Assembly: GCA_038231275.1 (NCBI GenBank)
Contig: JBBRLQ010000011.1
Coordinates: 128,001 to 192,000, forward strand
Length of the DNA stretch: 64,000 nt
Origin: Polyangiales bacterium
Lineage (GTDB): Bacteria > Myxococcota_A > Polyangia > Polyangiales > Polyangiaceae
Direction: 5' to 3'
Positions within the stretch are counted from its first letter, which is position 1. Every line of letters starts with the position of its first letter. The translations under genes were made by a program, and so were the position numbers. This document shows positions 9,709-19,240 of this stretch, piece after piece. The notes under the pieces were generated by a model, which had not been told where the DNA came from, ran no database searches, and worked only from the letters and a program-made list of their open reading frames with translations.

Positions 9709-11663
9709 GCGGTCGCGTCGGTGGCGCTGCGGTCGTGGCGTGGGGCGCAATTTCGGCGCGTGGGGAGGGGGAGGTCGCGGCGGGCGCAGGAGAGGTCGGC
9801 GAGCCTGCGCGCTGTGCGGTGTCGAGGGACGCCGAGCTCGCGGACGCCGGCCTCGCGCGACCGTTCGCGGGCCGCGCGATCGTGGACGCGTCGGACGGTG
9901 ATCGCGCGACGATCCTCCTCGCATATGCGCTCGACGCGTGCGCGAAGATGCTCGACGTGGAGCGCCCGGCGTGGCGAACGGGCACGATCGGCCTCGCGAT
10001 GGGCACGTCGAGCGGAGGCATGCGGACCGCCGAGAGGTTCTTTCGCGGCGAGCCGGTCACGCCCCACGCGGCCACGTACTTCGGTCCCCTTCACGACGCG
10101 CTCGCCCTGGCGAAGCTCACCACCTCGCCCTCCGTTCTCGTCCTAGGTGCGTGCGCGTCCGGCGCGCTCGCGATCGGGCTTGGCCTCCGCTGGATCGAAG
10201 CGGGGCGGTGCGATCTCGTCCTCGCGGGAGGCTTCGACGCGGTGAGCGTCTTCGTCGCGTCCGGCTTCGAGGCCCTCCGCGCGACCACCGCGGCTCCTCC
10301 GTCGCGCCCGTTCCGAAAGGGCCGCGACGGGCTCGCGCTGGGGGAAGGCGCGGGGATCCTCGCGCTCGCGCCGGCGTCCACTCTCCGTCGCCCTGCGCGC
10401 GCGTACGTGGCGGGGTTCGGCGCGTCGTGCGACGCGACCCACGTAACGGCTCCTGATCGCACCGGCGGCGGCCTCGCGCGCGCAGCCATCGCGGCCCTCG
10501 AGGACGCGCAAGTCGCGCCGAGCGCGATCGATCTCGTGAGCCCCCACGCCACGGCGACGCCGTTCAACGACGCCGCCGAGCACCGCGCGCTCGTCACCGC
10601 CCTCGGACCGGAGGCCGCGTTGCGCGTACCCGTCGCGCCGTTGAAGGCGGAGCTCGGGCACACCCTCGGCGCCGCGGGGGCCCTCGAGTCGCTCGCCGCG
10701 ATCGACGCCCTCGCGCGCGGCGTGGTGCCCGCGGCGGCCGGCGAAGGCGAGATCGATCCGGACGCCCCCGCGAACCTCCTCCCGCGTGCGATCGCCGCGC
10801 CCCTTGGCGCCGCGCTGAAGCTGTCGAGCGCGTTCGGTGGCGCCAACGCGGCGCTCGTCCTCACGCGCGACGCTCCAAGGCCGAGGGAGCGTGCGGTGCG
10901 ACCTGTCTACGTCACGCGCGCCGTCCGCGTGAGCGCGCCGCTCGCCGCGCTCACGGCCCGAGTCCCCGCCGCCATGCTCGCGCGCGCCGACGATCTCGTT
11001 CGCCTCGCGCTGAGCGCGCTCTGCCTGCTCGAGACCGAGATCGGCCCACTCGCTGGCGCGGGCATCGTCGTGGGTCACGCGCTCGCAACCCTCGAGACCA
11101 ACGCCACCTACGACGCGAAGATCCGCGCTCAGGGCGCGCGCGCCGCCGAGCCGCGTCGTTTCCCGTACACGTCGCCCAACGCCGTCTGCGGCGAGTGCGC
11201 GGTCGCCTTCGGTCTCACCGGTCCCGCCTTCGCCACCGGCGGCGGTCTGCACGGCGCGCTCGAGGCCCTCGCCGTCGCGTCGGATCTCGTCGCCGCTGGC
11301 GACGCGTCGCGCATCGTCGTCGTCGCGGTCGACGAGATCGGACCGGCCGCCGCGCGCCTCGGCGATCTCGGGAGCGGCCTGACGTCGGGCGCAGCGGCGC
11401 TGCTCGTGACGTCCGATCCCCACGCCGCCTTCGCGCGCGTCGCCTCGACCGTCACGACGCTCGGCCCCGCCGCGCCGACCGCGACCGTGTCTTCGCCCGG
11501 AAATTCAAGCGCGACGCCGCTCGGTCACGTCGCCCTGTCGCCGCTCGCCGATCCGAAAATCCGTTTGCCAATTTGTCTCTCCGCCGCGGCGCGCGGATCG
11601 TTTGCAGAAGTCCGCCTGATCGGTGTTAAAGCAACCGTAGTTCCTTCGGAACGGTCGCTTTAG
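9705..11663 (+). CDS. Second KS-CLF fusion (beta-ketoacyl synthase)
   Basis: LGAC*ASG, SPH*ATAT, KAELGH*TLGAAG, SSAFGG; C-domain EPRRFPYTSPNA...TGGGLHGAL lacking catalytic Cys; GTGA overlap with upstream gene. Confidence 0.88.
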   Translation: MSGRVGGAAVVAWGAISARGEGEVAAGAGEVGEPARCAVSRDAELADAGLARPFAGRAIVDASDGDRATILLAYALDACAKMLDVERPAWRTGTIGLAMGTSSGGMRTAERFFRGEPVTPHAATYFGPLHDALALAKLTTSPSVLVLGACASGALAIGLGLRWIEAGRCDLVLAGGFDAVSVFVASGFEALRATTAAPPSRPFRKGRDGLALGEGAGILALAPASTLRRPARAYVAGFGASCDATHVTAPDRTGGGLARAAIAALEDAQVAPSAIDLVSPHATATPFNDAAEHRALVTALGPEAALRVPVAPLKAELGHTLGAAGALESLAAIDALARGVVPAAAGEGEIDPDAPANLLPRAIAAPLGAALKLSSAFGGANAALVLTRDAPRPRERAVRPVYVTRAVRVSAPLAALTARVPAAMLARADDLVRLALSALCLLETEIGPLAGAGIVVGHALATLETNATYDAKIRAQGARAAEPRRFPYTSPNAVCGECAVAFGLTGPAFATGGGLHGALEALAVASDLVAAGDASRIVVVAVDEIGPAAARLGDLGSGLTSGAAALLVTSDPHAAFARVASTVTTLGPAAPTATVSSPGNSSATPLGHVALSPLADPKIRLPICLSAAARGSFAEVRLIGVKATVVPSERSL

Positions 11664-11761
11664 ACTTCTGTTGCATTCGTCGTTTGCCCGGTGCGGTCAA
11701 ACGACTTCTGCTCTAATGAGTGAGGAATGCGCCGTCGCGCGCCCAGGTTGAGCTCATAGCC

Positions 11762-12244
11762 ATGATGCGTACCCTCCTCTTCGCCTCCACTTTCGTCGTC
11801 GCCGCGACCTCCCTCGCAGGCTGCTCGCCGTCGCTCATCCCGAACACCGACGTCGAGGACAACTCGCAGAACCGCAAGGTCATCAGCTACTGCGAGACCT
11901 ACCGCCACGCCGTCGAAGAGAAGAACGTCGGCCAGCTCCTCAAGCTCGCGAGCCCGCGCTACCACGAGGACGGCGGCAACACGAACTCAGAGGACGATCT
12001 CGACTACGAGGGCCTGAAGGGCTACCTCACCGATCAGTTCCAGAAGGCGAACCAGATCCGCTACGAGATCCGGTACCGAAAGCTCACGTTCACGGAGACG
12101 AACCACGTCTTCGTCGATTACACGTACGCCGCGAGCTACAAGATCCCAGGCGTGAAGGCCGACGAGTGGAAGCACACCGTCGCCGACAATCGGCTCGATC
12201 TCGTCCCCGACGGCGACACGTTCAAGATCACCGCGGGGATGTAG
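11762..12244 (+). CDS. Lipoprotein, NTF2/SnoaL-like fold predicted
   Basis: Lipobox SLAGC; YRHAVEEKNVGQLLKLASPRY helix followed by beta strands. Confidence 0.7.
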   Translation: MMRTLLFASTFVVAATSLAGCSPSLIPNTDVEDNSQNRKVISYCETYRHAVEEKNVGQLLKLASPRYHEDGGNTNSEDDLDYEGLKGYLTDQFQKANQIRYEIRYRKLTFTETNHVFVDYTYAASYKIPGVKADEWKHTVADNRLDLVPDGDTFKITAGM

Positions 12245-12250
12245 GAGCGC

Positions 12251-13471
12251 ATGGGCGCGAAGGGCGAACGAGGCGCGTTCGTCCTCGCGCACGTCTCCGA
12301 TCTCCACACCTCGACGTTTGGCGACACGTTCCACGATCGCGCGCGCATCGTCCGGCGCAGCGCGCGGCCCGCTGAGACGAGCCCGACCAAGTTCGAGGTG
12401 TACTGGGAGGAGGCCGGGTGGCGCGTGCTCCACGAGCGCGGCGCGCGACGCGCGAAGATCGCCCTCGTGGATCCCGAGGGGTACTTGCACCCGGTCCCGA
12501 GCCCGCGCGAGGCGGGCGGCATGCCGGATCCGGTCGAGCGCGCGGCGGCGAAGGCATGCCGGCTCGAGGCGCGCCGCGCAGAGACCCTCGCGCGCGGGCT
12601 CCCGAGCGACGGCGCCGTCGGCACGATGCTCGAGAGCACGCCGAAGAACTCGAACGTTCGCTTGATACGCGCCGCGCGCGCGGTCGAGGCGAGCGGCGCG
12701 GACGCCGTGCTTATCACGGGGGACATCACCGACGACGGCGACGGGTACGCGCTCGTGGAGTCCGTCTTCGCGAAGTACCGCGACGCGGGGCGCCTCTTCG
12801 CAGTGCCGGGCAATCACGATCTCTACCTCTTCCCGCTCGCGGGCAGCGGCCGCCCGCGCCCGTCCGCCGACGCGAAGCGCGCGCGATGGCGCGATTTCGC
12901 CGCGCGCATCGGGCTCGAGCTCGATCCGTCTGGCGCGTGGCACAAAGAGCTCCCCGAGGCGGAGACGGTGCTCGTCGGCATCGACTCCTGCGCGCGCGCG
13001 CAGCGGCGTTTTTTTCGGCACAACGGCGCGATCGGCCCCGAGCAGCTCGAGTACCTCCGCGCCCTCGCCAAGACGCCGGCCTGGACACGCGCGCGCCATC
13101 GCCTCGTCGCGCTGCATCATCACGTGGTGCCGCTCCCGCACGGCGTCGGCAAGAAGCCGCCGAGCGAGATCGGGATGCGCCTCGACGACGCGAAGGGCGC
13201 CGCCGAGGTCTTCGACGAGATCGGCGCGACGCTCGTCTTGCACGGCCATCGTCACGTGAGCGAACAGCGCCAGCCGGCCGGCTCCAACTTCACGATCCTC
13301 GCGTCGCCGTCGCTCACCCTCGGTTGTCGGAGCGGGGACGGCCCGTCCTATTGGCGCGTCGAGCTCGGCGAGCACGCGCACGCGCAGCGCGTGAAGGTCC
13401 CGATGGACGCGGTCGAGCAAGAAGAGGATCCGGGTCAGCCCGTCGAGCCCGACCCCGACCCGATCGCGTAG
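12251..13471 (+). CDS. Calcineurin-like metallophosphoesterase (CpdA/Icc-like) with a large insertion
   Basis: SDLH, TGDITDD, PGNHD, LHHH, LHGHRH motifs. Confidence 0.88.
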   Translation: MGAKGERGAFVLAHVSDLHTSTFGDTFHDRARIVRRSARPAETSPTKFEVYWEEAGWRVLHERGARRAKIALVDPEGYLHPVPSPREAGGMPDPVERAAAKACRLEARRAETLARGLPSDGAVGTMLESTPKNSNVRLIRAARAVEASGADAVLITGDITDDGDGYALVESVFAKYRDAGRLFAVPGNHDLYLFPLAGSGRPRPSADAKRARWRDFAARIGLELDPSGAWHKELPEAETVLVGIDSCARAQRRFFRHNGAIGPEQLEYLRALAKTPAWTRARHRLVALHHHVVPLPHGVGKKPPSEIGMRLDDAKGAAEVFDEIGATLVLHGHRHVSEQRQPAGSNFTILASPSLTLGCRSGDGPSYWRVELGEHAHAQRVKVPMDAVEQEEDPGQPVEPDPDPIA

Positions 13472-13475
13472 GCCG

Positions 13476-13904
13476 TCAGTCGGTGCCAGCCTCTGCGGCC
13501 GTTGTCGCCGCCTCGGCAGCGTCCGCGACCGGGGTGGCTGGCGGCTTCAGCCACGCGCACGCCGGTGTGTCTTGCGGCGTCTGGACGATGTTGCAGTCGC
13601 CGGTGTTGATCGCGTCGACGCACGCCTTGGTGGCGGGTGCGCCGGGGTCCGTGTTCGTCGCGAGGCCGTGGAGGCACGCGTCGTTGTAGTAGCGAATGCA
13701 CGCGTCCACGTTCGTCTTCGGTGTGTCGCGGTGCACTGGCTGCCCGAGATCGAACGCGGGACAGTTCGGGGCCTGCCGGCAGCGCGCCTCTTCGACTTGC
13801 CGGCACGTCTCGAGGCCGATCGCGTCGGTTCCGCACGCGCTCGCCACCACCGCCGCCGGAGCCGCCAGCGCGAAGAGGCCGATTCCCATCCACTTTCGGA
13901 GCAT
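13476..13904 (-). CDS. Small Cys-rich lipoprotein
   Basis: Signal with ASAC lipobox; eight further Cys; acidic Ala-rich tail. Confidence 0.7.
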   Translation of the reverse strand: MLRKWMGIGLFALAAPAAVVASACGTDAIGLETCRQVEEARCRQAPNCPAFDLGQPVHRDTPKTNVDACIRYYNDACLHGLATNTDPGAPATKACVDAINTGDCNIVQTPQDTPACAWLKPPATPVADAAEAATTAAEAGTD

Positions 13905-13959
13905 CGAGCATGAGCCCTACTACGGACGCCAAGGTCCTACCAAACTTGATGCTGTCGAC

Positions 13960-13988
13960 TTGACAGTCATAGTGTCTAGATACATCTT
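13960..13988 (+). promoter_or_regulatory. Sigma70-type promoter with overlapping dyad operator, leaderless, for the MerR-like gene
   Basis: TTGACA (13960-65), 17-nt spacer, CATCTT (13983-88), GTG 6 nt later; dyads GACA-N7-TGTC and AGAT-AC-ATCT. Confidence 0.6.
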
Positions 13989-13994
13989 GAGGGT

Positions 13995-14483
13995 GTGAAC
14001 GACGCCGATTCCTTCAAGCTCGACGAGCTGGCGCACGCGGCGGGGACCTCGCCGCGCACCGTGCGCTACTACGTCCAGCGCGGCCTCCTCCCAGGCCCCG
14101 CGTTTCGGGGGAAGGACACGCACTACACGCGGGAGCACCTCGTTCGCCTCCGCGCGATCCGAAAGATGCAGGAGCGGTTTCTTCCGCTCGACGCCATCCA
14201 AGTCGAGCTCGCGCGGCTTGCGCCGGAAGAGATCGAGCGGATCGCGGACGGGACGTCTCTCGTCCACGCGCAGCTCGCGCACGTCGTTTCGGAGCCGAGC
14301 GCGCCGCCCTCGATCGTCCCGCCGCCCGCGTCGACCACATGGACGCGGTGGACCCGCCGCGAGCTCCTGCCCGGTCGGGAGCTCACGCTGGCCGAGGACG
14401 CGTCGCCCGAGGCGCGGGCGCTCGCAGAAGAGATCTTCAAATCGTTCGAGTCGCAGGTTCGAGAGAAAGGGAAAAAACGATGA
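13995..14483 (+). CDS. MerR-family HTH transcriptional regulator
   Basis: FKLDELAHAAGTSPRTVRYYVQRGLLP...YTREHLVRLRAIR; ATGA overlap with next gene. Confidence 0.88.
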   Translation: MNDADSFKLDELAHAAGTSPRTVRYYVQRGLLPGPAFRGKDTHYTREHLVRLRAIRKMQERFLPLDAIQVELARLAPEEIERIADGTSLVHAQLAHVVSEPSAPPSIVPPPASTTWTRWTRRELLPGRELTLAEDASPEARALAEEIFKSFESQVREKGKKR

Positions 14484-16987
14484 CGAGCAGTACGATCGCG
14501 TGTCTGAAATCGGCGGAGGGGGTCGCGATTGCGCTGGCGGGGGTGAGCGTGAAGGCGGAGGTCCTCGCGGGGCACGCCGACGTGCGCGTGCGGCAGACGT
14601 ACAGGAACACCGAGGCGAGGCCGATCGAGGCCGTCTACACGTTCCCGCTGCCCAGCGACGCGACCCTCACCGCGTTCACGATGACGTGCGACGGCCGGAC
14701 GTGCGCGGGCGAGGTGAAGGAGCGTGAAGAGGCGTTCGCGGCGTACGACGACGCGCTCACCGCAGGGCACGGCGCGGCGCTGCTCGATCAGGAGCGGCCG
14801 AACGTGTTCACTGCGAGCGTCGGCAACCTCCTGCCCGGCGAAGAGACGGTGATCGAGATCGGCTACGTCCAGAAGGTGCAAGCCGACGAGGGGACGATCC
14901 GGTGGACCATCCCGACGCTCGTCGCCCCGCGGTACATCCCGGGCACGCCGCACGGTGATCGCACCGCGCACGGAGCCGCCGGTCCGACCGATCGCGTACC
15001 CGACGCCGATCGCATCTCGCCGCCCATCGGCGACGCGACGTACGGCGTCTCGCTCGATTTGCTCTTCGACGTGGGCGCTGCGGTCGAAGTGGCGAGCCCG
15101 TCGCACGACGTCGTGGTGACACGCGAGGGGAGCGTCACGCGCGTCACGTTCGCCCGCCGCGAGGTCGCGCTCGATCGCGACGTGGTCGTGACCGCACGCA
15201 GTGCCGGGAACGAGCCCTTCGCCGCGACGTTGTCGCACAAGGACGCGACGCACCCCGAGGAGCCCGGCGTCGTCGCACTGACCGTCGTTCCCGATTTGCT
15301 CGCCCTCGGCCAGAAGGCGGAGAGGCAGGAGGTCGTCTTCGTCGTCGACGTGAGCGGCTCGATGGACGGTACGTCGATCGAGCAGGCGCGGGCCGCGCTG
15401 ATGCTGTGCACGCGGCACCTCCGCGAGGGGGATCGCTTCAACGTGCTCGCCTTCAACGATTCGCTGACGCCGTTCCAGCCCAGCCTCGTGCCGTTCACGC
15501 AGGCGACGCTGGCGCAGGTCGACGGGTGGATCGGGCGCCTCGTCGCGAGCGGAGGGACCGAGATGCTCTTCCCGCTGCTCGAGGCGACGCGGCAGGCGCC
15601 GGGCGGCGTCATCGTGCTGCTGACGGACGGGCAGGTGGGGAACGAAGAAGAGATCCTGTCGGCGGTCCTCGCGCAGCGAGGCAAGGCGCGGTTCTACGCG
15701 TTCGGCATCGGCACGAACGTGAGCGACGTGCTGCTTCGTGGCCTCGCGAAGAAGACGGGCGGCGCGGTCGAGATGATCCACCCGGGAGAGCGCATCGACG
15801 ACAAGGTGGTCGCGCAGTTCGCGCGCGCGACCGCGGCGCGCGTGACCGGCGTGACGCTCTCGTTCGAGGGGATCGACGTCGGCGAGCTCGCGCCCGCGGA
15901 GCTGCCGCCGCTGGTGGACGGTGAGCCGTGGACGGTGTTCGGGCGGTTCGAGCAGACCGGGCGTGGCCGCGCGGTTTTGCGAGGGACGCTGCGCGGCGAG
16001 ACGTTCGCGCTCGATGTGCCCTGCGAGCTCGGCGCGTCCCCGCGGCCCGCGCTCGCGAAGCTCTGGGCCCGCGAGCGGATCGCCGATCTGGAAGGCGCGG
16101 ACATGCACGGGCGCCGCGCCGTCGCGAACAAGAGCCGTATCGTGAAGCTCGCCGTCACCCATCAGATCGCGAGCGCCTTCACGTCGTTCGTCGTCGTCGA
16201 GAAGCGCACCGGAGATCGTCGCGCGAGCGGCGTGCCGGAGACCCGCGTAGTCCCGGTCAACGCGCCGGCCGGGTGGAAGATGTTCTACACCGCGAGGGTC
16301 GACGCATCGCGCATGCGCAGCACGTCCCAAGGAGCGGCGCGGCCCATGGCGTCTATGCCGATGCCGATGGCCGCGCGCATGCCTCTCTCGCCCCCGTCGG
16401 CCGACGCGCCCGCGCCGGCTCGATCCGTCGCGCCCATGCCCGGTTCGGTGAGCCTGCGCGCGCCGGCGAGCCCGCCGCCGCCAGCGGCTCAGTACAAGAG
16501 CAAGATCGCAGCGCCTGCGGAAGACGAAGAGTACACCGCGCGCAGCATCGTGCTCGGACGCCTCGACGGGGCAGAGAGCGCAGCCGCCCCGCAGGATCCT
16601 GTCGTGGCGTTGCTCTCGCGGCAGCTCGCGTCCGGCCTGTGGGACGATCCGCAAGCGCCAGGCGCGGTCCCGCATCGCGAGGCGCGCGCGACGGCGCGGG
16701 CGCTGGTCACGCTGTGGAAGCAAGGCGTCACCACCGCGCACGCGGTGTACGGAGGCCAGGTGAAGAAGGCGGTCGAGGCGCTCATGGAGCGCGCCGTGCT
16801 CGTCGCGGCGACGGAGCCCAAGCTCGCCGAGCTCGCGCTGGCGATTTCGTGGCTCATCGCGGCGGGACCCCGGACGCGCGGCGCGGTCGAGCGGCTCGTC
16901 GGGGCAAACGCGGCGCTCGGCGCGCTCGTAGGGCGCTTCGACGAGGCGGGCCTTGGCGCCGACCTCGATCGATTGGCCACCGCGTAG
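14480..16987 (+). CDS. VIT + von Willebrand factor A domain protein
   Basis: VIT motifs QTYRN...EAVYTFPLP, FTASVGNLLPG; vWA MIDAS DVSGSM, GGTE, LLTDG; Pro/Met-rich linker and helical C-terminal domain. Confidence 0.9.
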   Translation: MTSSTIACLKSAEGVAIALAGVSVKAEVLAGHADVRVRQTYRNTEARPIEAVYTFPLPSDATLTAFTMTCDGRTCAGEVKEREEAFAAYDDALTAGHGAALLDQERPNVFTASVGNLLPGEETVIEIGYVQKVQADEGTIRWTIPTLVAPRYIPGTPHGDRTAHGAAGPTDRVPDADRISPPIGDATYGVSLDLLFDVGAAVEVASPSHDVVVTREGSVTRVTFARREVALDRDVVVTARSAGNEPFAATLSHKDATHPEEPGVVALTVVPDLLALGQKAERQEVVFVVDVSGSMDGTSIEQARAALMLCTRHLREGDRFNVLAFNDSLTPFQPSLVPFTQATLAQVDGWIGRLVASGGTEMLFPLLEATRQAPGGVIVLLTDGQVGNEEEILSAVLAQRGKARFYAFGIGTNVSDVLLRGLAKKTGGAVEMIHPGERIDDKVVAQFARATAARVTGVTLSFEGIDVGELAPAELPPLVDGEPWTVFGRFEQTGRGRAVLRGTLRGETFALDVPCELGASPRPALAKLWARERIADLEGADMHGRRAVANKSRIVKLAVTHQIASAFTSFVVVEKRTGDRRASGVPETRVVPVNAPAGWKMFYTARVDASRMRSTSQGAARPMASMPMPMAARMPLSPPSADAPAPARSVAPMPGSVSLRAPASPPPPAAQYKSKIAAPAEDEEYTARSIVLGRLDGAESAAAPQDPVVALLSRQLASGLWDDPQAPGAVPHREARATARALVTLWKQGVTTAHAVYGGQVKKAVEALMERAVLVAATEPKLAELALAISWLIAAGPRTRGAVERLVGANAALGALVGRFDEAGLGADLDRLATA

Positions 16988-17008
16988 GGTCGAGGGTAGA
17001 GTCGCGCG

Positions 17009-17881
17009 GTGCTCGCCGCGATGGTGCTCTCTGCGGGGCTCGGGACGCGAATGCGTCCTCTCACCGACTGGCGCGCGAAGCCGCTCGCGCCGGTCGGTGA
17101 TCGCGCCGCGCTGGCGCACGTGATCGACGCGCTCGCCGCCGCGGGGGTCACGCGCATCGTAGCGAACGCGCACCACCACGCCGCCGACATGCGCGCGTTC
17201 GCCGTGAGGGACGGGCGGTTCGCCGTGAGCGAGGAGCTCGATCTCCTCGGCACCGCGGGCGGCGTTCACCACGCGCGCAGCCTCCTCGGCGACGGAGACG
17301 TCCTCGTCTGGAACGGCGACATCCTCGCGACGGTCGATGTCGCGGAGCTCCTCCGCGCTCACCGCGCCGACGCGACGCTCCTCGTGCGCATGGGAAAGAC
17401 CGGCACCGGAAACGTCGGGGTCGACGAGGGCGGGCGCGTGGTGAGGCTTCGGCGCGAGACGGTCGCCCCAGGCGAGGTGCAAGGGGGCGAGTTCCTCGGC
17501 GTGCACATCGTCGGTCGCGCGCTCGTTCGACGGCTACCGGAGCGAGGGTGCCTCGTAGGCGACGTGTATCTCCCGGCGATGCGCTCAGGCGCGCGCCTCG
17601 AGGCCGCTCCGTTCGCGGGCACGTTCTGGGACATCGGGACCGTCAGCGCGTACGTCGACGCGAACCTCGCGTGGCTCGCCGAACGCGGGCTCACCTCGTG
17701 GGTCGCGGATGGCGCACGCGTCGCGGACGGCGTGGAGCTCGACGGCGCGCTCGTCCACGCAGGCGCCCGCATCACGGGTCACGGTCGCCTGAGGCGTTCC
17801 ATCGTGTGGGACGACGCGACGTGCGAGGCGCCCGCAGACGGCGTCGTCGTCGCGAAGGAAGGCCGCGCCGTCGTCCCGTGA
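17009..17881 (+). CDS. Sugar-phosphate nucleotidyltransferase (MurU / mannose-1-phosphate guanylyltransferase-like)
   Basis: AMVLSAGLGTRMRPLTDWRAKPL, ELDLLGTAGG, WNGD, WDIGT. Confidence 0.88.
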   Translation: MLAAMVLSAGLGTRMRPLTDWRAKPLAPVGDRAALAHVIDALAAAGVTRIVANAHHHAADMRAFAVRDGRFAVSEELDLLGTAGGVHHARSLLGDGDVLVWNGDILATVDVAELLRAHRADATLLVRMGKTGTGNVGVDEGGRVVRLRRETVAPGEVQGGEFLGVHIVGRALVRRLPERGCLVGDVYLPAMRSGARLEAAPFAGTFWDIGTVSAYVDANLAWLAERGLTSWVADGARVADGVELDGALVHAGARITGHGRLRRSIVWDDATCEAPADGVVVAKEGRAVVP

Positions 17882-17887
17882 TTTTCT

Positions 17888-19195
17888 CTACGGGATGAAC
17901 TGCTCCATCGTCGCGCTCCCGCCGACGATCGCGATAGCTCCAGTCGGCAGCCGGATCGCGCGCGCGCCGCGGCGGGGGATGCGGAGCGGGATCTCTTTCA
18001 CGACCGCGCCGTCCCACGTGAAGGCGCAGCTCGGGCCGTCCTCGGCGACGACCAGCGCGGTCTTGGCGTCGAGCGCAAGGACGTCGAGGTGCTTGGCGGA
18101 GCAGGGGAGGCTGGCGGTGACGGCAGTGATCGCGGGATCGGGATGCGCGAGATCCAGCGTCAGAAACGAGCCCATCGTGCCGGTCGCCCACGCGAAGAGG
18201 ACACGATCGCCGTCGAGCGCGGCGCCTGCCGAGCCGGTCACGTTCATCGCCGGGAACGCGGCCACCGTCGTCGACGTCGCGCCGGGCGCAAGGATCTCGA
18301 CGGCCGGTGCCTTCCCGTCGCCGCCGAAGACGACGAGCCCGCGCCCCGCGACGTACGCGGCGCCTGCCCCCACGCGCGGGTTCGCGATCGACGCGAACGC
18401 GAGCGCGCCGTTCACGTCGAGGCTGAGGAGCTTTTCCGACGTTCCGCCGGTCCGCGTCGGACCCACGACGTACGCTGTGCCGTCCGGGCCCATCACCGTT
18501 GCGCCGCCGACCACGTCCGCGAACGATGCGCCGGCAGGCGGCGTCAGGTTCCCTGTCGAGGAGTCGCCGAGGTTCAGGTAGCTCGCACCTTGCTCGTCGA
18601 TGGCGACGGCGTACGTGTACGCGACGGCGAGCGAGCGGGGAACGCGCGGCAACGTCGGCGTCGACGCGAGGGTCTTGTACCCGAGCAAATCGTAGATCCC
18701 CGTCGCGCGCGCCTGTGCGGGGTCGCTGCCGCCCGAGAGAAAGAGGTACTGGCTCGACGCGATCGCAAGCAGCGGCGCCTCGCGCGCGTCGACGAGGGTG
18801 CCCGGCATGCGCGCCGCTTCGCCGTTTCGCTGGACGAAGACCTGGAGCGTGCCACCCGCGATCGACGCGAACGAAATCGGCAGCGTGGCCCCCCATACGC
18901 GCGGCGCCCCGGTCCCGTCCTTCCCGGTGATCCGAACGCTGCCGTTCTTGTCGGCGGAGAGGTTCCCGAGATCGGCGTGATCGGTCGGCAAGGTAACGGT
19001 GGCCAGCGTGCTCGCCCCGCCGTCGAGATCGAGCGCCTCCACGACCAGGCTCGTGGGGGCGGGCCCGCGAGTGAGGGCGTCGGCCTCACCGCCGAGGGTG
19101 ATGGCGATCGTGGCGTCTTGTGTGCTGCTCGAGCAGGCCGCCGCCACGAGCGCGGCGAGCCCGACGGCGGAGACGCAAGGCAGCGGCGAGCGCAC
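17888..19195 (-). CDS. Lipoprotein with Kelch-like beta-propeller
   Basis: GTG start, lipobox AAAC; repeated hydrophobic-GG motifs (LFLSGG, VVFGG, AIVGG). Confidence 0.7.
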   Translation of the reverse strand: MRSPLPCVSAVGLAALVAAACSSSTQDATIAITLGGEADALTRGPAPTSLVVEALDLDGGASTLATVTLPTDHADLGNLSADKNGSVRITGKDGTGAPRVWGATLPISFASIAGGTLQVFVQRNGEAARMPGTLVDAREAPLLAIASSQYLFLSGGSDPAQARATGIYDLLGYKTLASTPTLPRVPRSLAVAYTYAVAIDEQGASYLNLGDSSTGNLTPPAGASFADVVGGATVMGPDGTAYVVGPTRTGGTSEKLLSLDVNGALAFASIANPRVGAGAAYVAGRGLVVFGGDGKAPAVEILAPGATSTTVAAFPAMNVTGSAGAALDGDRVLFAWATGTMGSFLTLDLAHPDPAITAVTASLPCSAKHLDVLALDAKTALVVAEDGPSCAFTWDGAVVKEIPLRIPRRGARAIRLPTGAIAIVGGSATMEQFIP

Positions 19196-19240
19196 GCCCA
19201 GGGTGTAGCAAACGGGGAGCGGCAGGTGTAGGAAACCCGC

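Noticed and set aside
14123..17506. Very long antisense and alternate-frame ORFs (e.g. 1127 aa here; also 6533-8836, 32549-34939, 40573-43050, 57253-59745, 59962-62526)
   Set aside because: Arg/Ala/Gly-rich shadow ORFs expected in high-GC DNA, overlapping well-supported genes
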